From an uncultured bacterium (GTDB lineage: Bacteria > Patescibacteriota > Saccharimonadia > UBA4664 > SCTI01), in NCBI GenBank assembly GCA_963721685.1, contig CAVRJJ010000001.1, forward strand, positions 68,555-132,554: DNA of 64,000 nucleotides, in the 5' to 3' direction. Shown piece by piece: positions 58,143 through 64,000 of this stretch. Position 1 is the first letter of the stretch, and each line of letters begins with the position of its first letter. The notes under the pieces are model-generated. The model was given only the letters and a program-made list of their open reading frames with translations, did not search any database and was not told the origin of the DNA. The position numbers were made by a program, and so were the translations under genes.

Positions 58143-59495
58143 CTAATAAGCACTAACGGTTTTTTCGTAGAGTGTGGGGAGTAAGTCGTGAGGGTCGTAT
58201 TTCTTCTTAAGCTTGCGGTATACCGTGCCGTTATAGATACGCGTAAATTCTGCTTCGGTTATGAAGGTGGAAGAGTAAAGCATTTTTATGCCGTCATGGG
58301 CAAAAGTAAAAGTATCCATAAGTTTGGTGTGGTAATACTCCGGCTTATCATGCCGCTTACGTACGAAACTATAACTTCCCAAATTAAGGTAAGGTTGGTT
58401 CTTGGCTAAGGGATAGGATGTAGCTAGCCCAGGCGTTTTAACCGGTGCCGCCATCAGGGGCCGGCCCGCCAGATCCAGATTTTCAAGAGCATAGCTGAAA
58501 AGTGCTTCGGCGTGTTTCCAAGGTACCTCCCAGTCTTGAATTAACAGCTCCAGATCTTCATCTTGAGCGGAAATAAAAGGGAGCTTGGCGGCTAGCTTAG
58601 CTTGCAGGGCCGCGTAGCGCGCGTAAAAACCGGAGCTGCGCATGAGTTTCGGGGCAAGTCTACGGAACAGGTTGTAGGATCCCGTGTCCGGCATTGCCCA
58701 AAACCATTCCGGGTCATAACGAAACAAATAGTCTTTAACGTTAAGCGAAAAAACACCAGGCCGACTTATTTCATGGTAGAAGATTGTTGGGCCATAGATA
58801 CTTTTAAGGTTTTGAGGTTGGTCGGTGTGGCGTTCGGTTGTAAGGTAGAGCTCATCCTCGGAATATACCAAGCTTTCCAGATAATCATTTTTGCTACCGC
58901 GCAACTCATGTTCCATGGCTGCCACAAGCTCAGGCACATTCTTGTAGCGCTTGGTGGTAAGCGTTACGTAGGGCTTAACTTGGTGCAGTTTAATTTTGGC
59001 ACGCAAAATATAGCCGAGCGTGCCATACGAGTTAGGGAGGGCGTGAAACAGGTCCGCGTATTTCCCTCGGGGCCCGCACACGACCACTTCACCATGCGGC
59101 AGGAGCACTTCAGCTTCAACTACATTGTCATGTACAAACCCGTGGCGAAAGCTATTGGTTTCAATGCCAATACCGACTGTGGCACCCCCTACGGTAATAT
59201 TTTTAAGTTCTGGCGTAATAATTGGTGTTAAACCATGGGGCAATACAAAATTAACGACATCTTCAAAGGTGGTTAACCCCTGAACGTCCAGCGTTTGGTT
59301 TATAAGGTCGATGAAGAGCGGCTGATTAAAATGCCTAAGGTCAATTAAACGGCTCGCGGTTTCCTTCCGTCCGTCATAGCGGAATAGGTTGGATATAGTT
59401 TTCTTTTTTACGCGTAAAGGCTGCTTATTGCCTCGCAGCTCCGCCTTTAGAAAAACAACTTGCTTGGCGTGACGAGGTCGTCGGTCAATTGGCAT
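58143..59495 (-). CDS. FAD-binding oxidoreductase, DHCR24/Rv3719-like
   Basis: PELKNITVGGA..GIGIE..SFRHG, PNSYGTLGY, DYLFRYD..WFW, KYDP...PTLYEK. Confidence 0.85.
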   Translation of the reverse strand: MPIDRRPRHAKQVVFLKAELRGNKQPLRVKKKTISNLFRYDGRKETASRLIDLRHFNQPLFIDLINQTLDVQGLTTFEDVVNFVLPHGLTPIITPELKNITVGGATVGIGIETNSFRHGFVHDNVVEAEVLLPHGEVVVCGPRGKYADLFHALPNSYGTLGYILRAKIKLHQVKPYVTLTTKRYKNVPELVAAMEHELRGSKNDYLESLVYSEDELYLTTERHTDQPQNLKSIYGPTIFYHEISRPGVFSLNVKDYLFRYDPEWFWAMPDTGSYNLFRRLAPKLMRSSGFYARYAALQAKLAAKLPFISAQDEDLELLIQDWEVPWKHAEALFSYALENLDLAGRPLMAAPVKTPGLATSYPLAKNQPYLNLGSYSFVRKRHDKPEYYHTKLMDTFTFAHDGIKMLYSSTFITEAEFTRIYNGTVYRKLKKKYDPHDLLPTLYEKTVSAY

Positions 59496-59500
59496 AGTGG

Positions 59501-60370
59501 TTACTGCCTTCCTAGCAGCCCATTCCAGTCGGCCTCAAACTTAAGAAGCCCCTGGTCGGTGAGGTCGTGCTGGATATTATAAGATTGCCAGTCTTGGTTA
59601 AGCGGAACCTCGGCATAGCTAAGGGGGGTCAGGCTGTCTGTATTATAGCTGTAGTCGCCGGGCGGGACCGGCATGCCATCGGCCGCCCACTCTAAGAGCA
59701 AGTTGGCGGGGGCGGTAATAATATCGCAGTTTCGCGAGAGGCACCATTGCAAGTGCTCTTTGGAACGGATGCTGGCTGCTAAGACCATAACATGGCCGTC
59801 ACCTTCGGAATACATGCGTTGGATATTAGCGATAGTGTCAATGCCGCGCTCTCCACGGTCATCAAAACGTCCGACAAAAGGTGAAACAAAAACATTGCCG
59901 CGCTGAGCATTCTTGGTAGCTACGTAGACGGCGGCGGCCTGAAGTTGGCTAAAGCATAGCGTCATATTTACGCGTCCGCCTTCAGCAGTAAACGTTTCAG
60001 CCGCTGCCAGGCCGGCCGCGACGGTCGGAAATTTTATGTGGGCATTGCCAATCCAAGCGTTCATTTCATGGGCCTGAGCTAGCATCTCTTCGGTAGTAGT
60101 GTGGCTGTCGGCGGTAACTTCAATTGAAATGGATCCGTCTGGAATAAGCTTTGAAGCGGTTTCAACAATACCGCGGTAGAAGTCACGAATTTCTTCAACC
60201 TCAAAAAGCTGGCCACGAGACAAGCGCTCTAGCACGGAGGGATTTTTGGCGATTAGCGAGGGGTTGGTGGTTTGGCCGTCAAGCCAGCCCAGCGCCTCCA
60301 CTACGGCTTTTGTTTCGGCCGCGTCGCCGCCGTCGAGAAATATTTTGGTTTGAAGGTTTTTCGGCTTCAT
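59501..60370 (-). CDS. tal: Transaldolase family protein
   Basis: KIFLDG, GQTTNPSL, IKFP, VNMTLCFS, SPFVGR, LAASIR. Confidence 0.9.
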   Translation of the reverse strand: MKPKNLQTKIFLDGGDAAETKAVVEALGWLDGQTTNPSLIAKNPSVLERLSRGQLFEVEEIRDFYRGIVETASKLIPDGSISIEVTADSHTTTEEMLAQAHEMNAWIGNAHIKFPTVAAGLAAAETFTAEGGRVNMTLCFSQLQAAAVYVATKNAQRGNVFVSPFVGRFDDRGERGIDTIANIQRMYSEGDGHVMVLAASIRSKEHLQWCLSRNCDIITAPANLLLEWAADGMPVPPGDYSYNTDSLTPLSYAEVPLNQDWQSYNIQHDLTDQGLLKFEADWNGLLGRQ

Positions 60371-60451
60371 ATGTTTACAAGTATACACACCGGGCATGGA
60401 CGTTTTGGCGGTACTGCTTTTTTTGATCACCTCTGTTACAATACCGTGGAT

Positions 60452-61732
60452 ATGAAAGCCGAAGTCACAAAACGTACCGATACACATGTCACTTTTTCGA
60501 TTCTTGCTGATGCTGATGAGTTGCAGCATGCCAAAGAGCATTCCTACGACAAATATCGCCCTCAGGTAAAAGTTGCCGGTTTTCGCCCGGGCAAAGCTCC
60601 CGACAGCATCGTGGCCCGGGAAATCGGTGATGCCACCATTCAGCACGAAGCGCTTGAGCACGCCATCGGGCATAGTTATTCCGCCGCGATAACCCAGGAA
60701 AAAGTAACCGTTATCGCGCCACCGGATGTCCAGGTTAAAAAATTTGTACCGTACACCGAACTCGAGTACGAGGCAACCGTTGAAATAGTGCCGCCGGTTA
60801 CCTTGCCGGATTACAAAAAAATAAAAAAACCAGCCAAAAAGGTGACGGTAGATGAAAAGAAGGTTGATGAGATGGTTGAAGACCTTCGCCTGCGGGCGGC
60901 AAAGCGGATTCCCGTCGCGCGCGCGGCCGGGATGGGTGATGAGGTGAAGTTTGATTATGACGGGAAGCGTGACGGTAAAGCGGTTGCGGGGGCGGCCGGG
61001 AAGAATTACACCCTAAAGCTGGGGTCGGGCAATTTTATCCCGGGATTTGAAGAAGAGATGGTTGGCCTGAAGTCTGGAGACGAAAAAACCTTTACCATAA
61101 CGTTCCCCAAGCAATACCATGAAAAAAGCTTGGCTGGCCAGCCGGTTGTTTTTACCGTTAAAATGCATGAGGTGACAGAACTAGTTTTGCCTGATGCTGA
61201 TAATAAGTTCGCGGTTGAAATGGGACCGTTTAAGACGCTCGAAGACCTGCGCGTCGATCTTAAAAACCAGCTTACATTGGAAGCTGAAGAGGCTGCTAAG
61301 CGTGAGTATGAGAACGAACTGCTTGATGAATTGATTGTTAAAAGCAAGATGACGGTGCCGGAGCGCCTGGTTACCCAGCAGCTTGAGCGGATGAGAGCGG
61401 AAATCAGCCAACGGCTAGCTGCCAATGGCTTAACCCTGGAGCATTATCTGTCCGCGCAAAAGCAAACGCCGGAAGAGTTGGAAAAACAAATGCGCCCTGA
61501 AGCTGAAAAACGGGTTAAGTTAGCCCTGGTCTTAAGTGAAATTGCCCGCCAGGAAAAAATGAGTGTTGGTTCAGACGAAATTGACCGTGAAATTGAAAGT
61601 TTGCGGCTTCAGTACACCGACCCGAAAATGCAGGCGGAGCTCGATGGCGACCAAATTAAGGAAGATGTTTATAATCATTTGATGGCCGGCAAGGTGATTC
61701 GTAGCTTAACGGTTTCTGCCCAGGCCAAATAA
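60452..61732 (+). CDS. tig: Trigger factor
   Basis: GFRPGKAP ribosome-binding loop, FIPGFEE FKBP domain. Confidence 0.96.
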   Translation: MKAEVTKRTDTHVTFSILADADELQHAKEHSYDKYRPQVKVAGFRPGKAPDSIVAREIGDATIQHEALEHAIGHSYSAAITQEKVTVIAPPDVQVKKFVPYTELEYEATVEIVPPVTLPDYKKIKKPAKKVTVDEKKVDEMVEDLRLRAAKRIPVARAAGMGDEVKFDYDGKRDGKAVAGAAGKNYTLKLGSGNFIPGFEEEMVGLKSGDEKTFTITFPKQYHEKSLAGQPVVFTVKMHEVTELVLPDADNKFAVEMGPFKTLEDLRVDLKNQLTLEAEEAAKREYENELLDELIVKSKMTVPERLVTQQLERMRAEISQRLAANGLTLEHYLSAQKQTPEELEKQMRPEAEKRVKLALVLSEIARQEKMSVGSDEIDREIESLRLQYTDPKMQAELDGDQIKEDVYNHLMAGKVIRSLTVSAQAK

Positions 61733-61758
61733 AGGCCAGAGCCAAGATATTTCAGCCG

Positions 61759-61785
61759 CTGGCACTCTAGACATGCGACTGCCAA
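61759..61785 (+). promoter_or_regulatory. CIRCE-like element upstream of clpP
   Basis: CTGGCACTC-N9-GACTGCCAA. Confidence 0.75.
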
Positions 61786-61821
61786 TTTAGTATGATAAGA
61801 AACCTAAGCCAAGGAGCGTTT

Positions 61822-62415
61822 ATGTCTACCAAAAACCAAATCTTGATCCCGACGGTGTTAGAAAAGACAGTCCATGGCGAACGGGCCTATGACATTTATT
61901 CAAGGTTGCTCAAGGAGCGCATCTTGTTTATTGGTACGCCAATCGATGACAATGTTGCCAACCTAACGATTGCCCAACTGCTATTCTTGCAAAGCGAAGA
62001 CCCTAAAAAAGACATTCAAATGTATATTAATTCACCTGGCGGCAGCGTCAGTGCCGGACTCGCGATTTATGACACGATGCGCCATATCAAGCCGGATGTT
62101 TCAACCATTGTGATGGGGCTTGCCGCCTCCTTTGCCGCTTTGCTAAGTACGGCCGGGGCTAAAGGAAAACGTTTTGCGCTTCCCAACGCCCAAATGATGA
62201 TCCACCAACCATGGAGCGAAGGCGTGGGCGGACAGGCTACCGATATTGATATCCGGGCACGCGAAATACTGAAAACGCGTGACCGTTTAAACAAAATTTT
62301 AGCTGACCACACCGGTCAAAAAGTCGATCAGATTGCCAAAGATACGGAGCGTGATCACTACATGACCGCTGGAGAGGCTAAAGCTTATGGTTTGATTGAC
62401 GAGATTATTACGTAG
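61822..62415 (+). CDS. clpP: ATP-dependent Clp protease proteolytic subunit
   Basis: [33 protein letters not shown]; AAGGAG RBS. Confidence 0.97.
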   Translation: MSTKNQILIPTVLEKTVHGERAYDIYSRLLKERILFIGTPIDDNVANLTIAQLLFLQSEDPKKDIQMYINSPGGSVSAGLAIYDTMRHIKPDVSTIVMGLAASFAALLSTAGAKGKRFALPNAQMMIHQPWSEGVGGQATDIDIRAREILKTRDRLNKILADHTGQKVDQIAKDTERDHYMTAGEAKAYGLIDEIIT

Positions 62416-62457
62416 AGTTTTGTCTCGGTTGATAGCGAATAGGCTATAATTAACTCC

Positions 62458-64000
62458 ATGGTGTCCCGGGTTCGTCCCAAAGTTTTAATAATGACAGCCT
62501 CAGCTGGCGGCGGCCATGTGGCAGCGGCAAAGGCATTACAGGCAGGATTTAAACAAGTTTATGGCTCTGCTTATCAGGTAGAGGTGTGTGATGTGTTTAC
62601 CGATCCGCGCTTAAAACTGCTCGTTCCTATTGATAAGATTGCCCTGCCAGCCTATTCAAATAGCGTAAAGATATTCCGCTCATACCCGTATAAGCTTTTT
62701 TATAACTTCTCCAACGCTACACCCGGACTTATGAACCGCTTTTTTTCTTCGGTGTTCCGTGACCGCGTGCGAGCCTTCCTGCAAGAGGTGGATCCCGATG
62801 TCATTATTTCAACCTATCCAATTATCAGCTATGCAACCGGCCGCATACTGGCGGAGGGATGGCCTAAAGCCGTACCGATTGTGAGCCTGGTAACCGACTC
62901 GGGGGACGTCCATCGGCTGTGGCTGGGCGGAGCGGACGAGGCCATACTGGTTTCAACCCGTGACAGTATCCAGTTCGCGGTAGATAATGGCGTGGCGCGG
63001 GACAAACTGTACTTTTTGGGGTTTCCGGTAGACGCCGCCTACAGCAACCTACCCTCTAAAATGACTGCCCGTCAGAAACTGGGGTTGGATCCTGAAAAGC
63101 TGACATTTGTATTAAGCGGCGGCGGTTTAGGCTTGTCCACCAATTTATACCAACTGGCAAAGCTGTTAAGCCACAAAACGCTGGATGCCCAGTTTATATT
63201 TGTAGCGGGCCAAAATAAAGATTTGTTTGAGAGGATAAAAGCTCTTCAGTATGCCAGTCCAACCAAAGTGTTTGGCTATGTGCGGAATATGCCCGATTTG
63301 GTCGCGGCGGCTGATGTTATGGTTGGCAAGGCAGGCTGGATCACTTTAAACGAGTCAATGATAGCCGCCAAGCCAACTATTATTATCGATATTATTAAAG
63401 GGCAGGAAGAGTCTAACGCGGCCTTTGTAGAGCGTCACGGCATTGGCATTACTTGTTTAAAGCCTTCATTGGCCTATCGCGCCATAACGAATTTAATAAA
63501 GCAGCCTGATCAGGTAAAAGTGTATCGCCAGCGCCTACTTAAGCTTAAGTTGGAACCTCAAGCCAGCCAGACCATTCCGCGGTTTGTGGTTGAACGTTTT
63601 ATTGAGGAGTATCCTAAAGCGGTTTACCATGACCTTAAAATTCAAGGCCGGCGGGTAAATTACGCGGTGCTTAATCCTAAAGCCCAGCAAACAGTGGTTA
63701 TGGTTCACGGCATGCGCGGCAATAACCGCGGATTATTAAAGCTTGCCCAGCAATTCGATAAGCGGCGGGTGATTATACCGGACTTGCCGGGCTACGGAGC
63801 ATCCCAACCGTTGCCGGTGGCCCATAGCCTTAATAATTACGCGGACTTTTTAGAAGAATTCTGCGCGACGCTTAAGCTCAATTCAATTGACTTGGTCGGC
63901 CATTCATTTGGCGCCGGCGTGTGTTTAGTAGCTGCGGCAAAACGTCCAAGCTATTTACGGAGCTTGACCTTAATCACACCGGTTCAAATATCCGAACACT
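62458..64000 (+). CDS. MGDG synthase/UgtP-like glycosyltransferase (GT28) fused to an alpha/beta hydrolase; 3' end outside window
   Basis: Single open frame translated by hand: TASAGGGHVAAA, GKAGWIT..E, GQEESNA, then HGMRG, PDLPGYGAS, GHSFG. Confidence 0.88.
   Translation, partial: MVSRVRPKVLIMTASAGGGHVAAAKALQAGFKQVYGSAYQVEVCDVFTDPRLKLLVPIDKIALPAYSNSVKIFRSYPYKLFYNFSNATPGLMNRFFSSVFRDRVRAFLQEVDPDVIISTYPIISYATGRILAEGWPKAVPIVSLVTDSGDVHRLWLGGADEAILVSTRDSIQFAVDNGVARDKLYFLGFPVDAAYSNLPSKMTARQKLGLDPEKLTFVLSGGGLGLSTNLYQLAKLLSHKTLDAQFIFVAGQNKDLFERIKALQYASPTKVFGYVRNMPDLVAAADVMVGKAGWITLNESMIAAKPTIIIDIIKGQEESNAAFVERHGIGITCLKPSLAYRAITNLIKQPDQVKVYRQRLLKLKLEPQASQTIPRFVVERFIEEYPKAVYHDLKIQGRRVNYAVLNPKAQQTVVMVHGMRGNNRGLLKLAQQFDKRRVIIPDLPGYGASQPLPVAHSLNNYADFLEEFCATLKLNSIDLVGHSFGAGVCLVAAAKRPSYLRSLTLITPVQISEH

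Overview
Chromosomal window (about 50% GC, standard code 11) of a reduced-genome bacterium. Gene content and order (secG-ABC binding protein, lemA-htpX, ligA-gatCA-gatB, recG-hypothetical-rsmD, many orphan membrane proteins) suggest Patescibacteria/CPR, probably Saccharimonadia; this is inference. It carries housekeeping genes (purF, ligA, gatCAB, dnaE, rplS, rnhB, nusA, clpC, radA, PBP1A, tyrS, recG, tal, tig, clpP) and 8 tRNAs. No CRISPR array, integrase or IS was seen. Most notable: (1) an AT-rich island behind tRNA-Gly(GCC), divided by repeated att-like junctions (GCACC core, hairpin, TGTTAA, each with a ~20-codon W/R-C-x4-E-x2-T tail on the minus strand), which looks like a tandem cassette array built by repeated integration at the tRNA 3' end; (2) an 86-bp dispersed hairpin element in two copies with a conserved GNRA loop; (3) four compositionally alien, self-contained orphan gene islets, one with a J-domain protein plus two unannotated prepilin-like peptides; (4) a GT28 glycolipid synthase/alpha-beta hydrolase fusion near a phospholipase C/P1-like enzyme and a DHCR24/Rv3719-like flavoprotein; (5) CIRCE boxes at clpC and clpP, a GTTC-N7-GTTC operator at radA, a nusA leader terminator, a probable CTG start for nadD, and widespread leaderless-type promoters.
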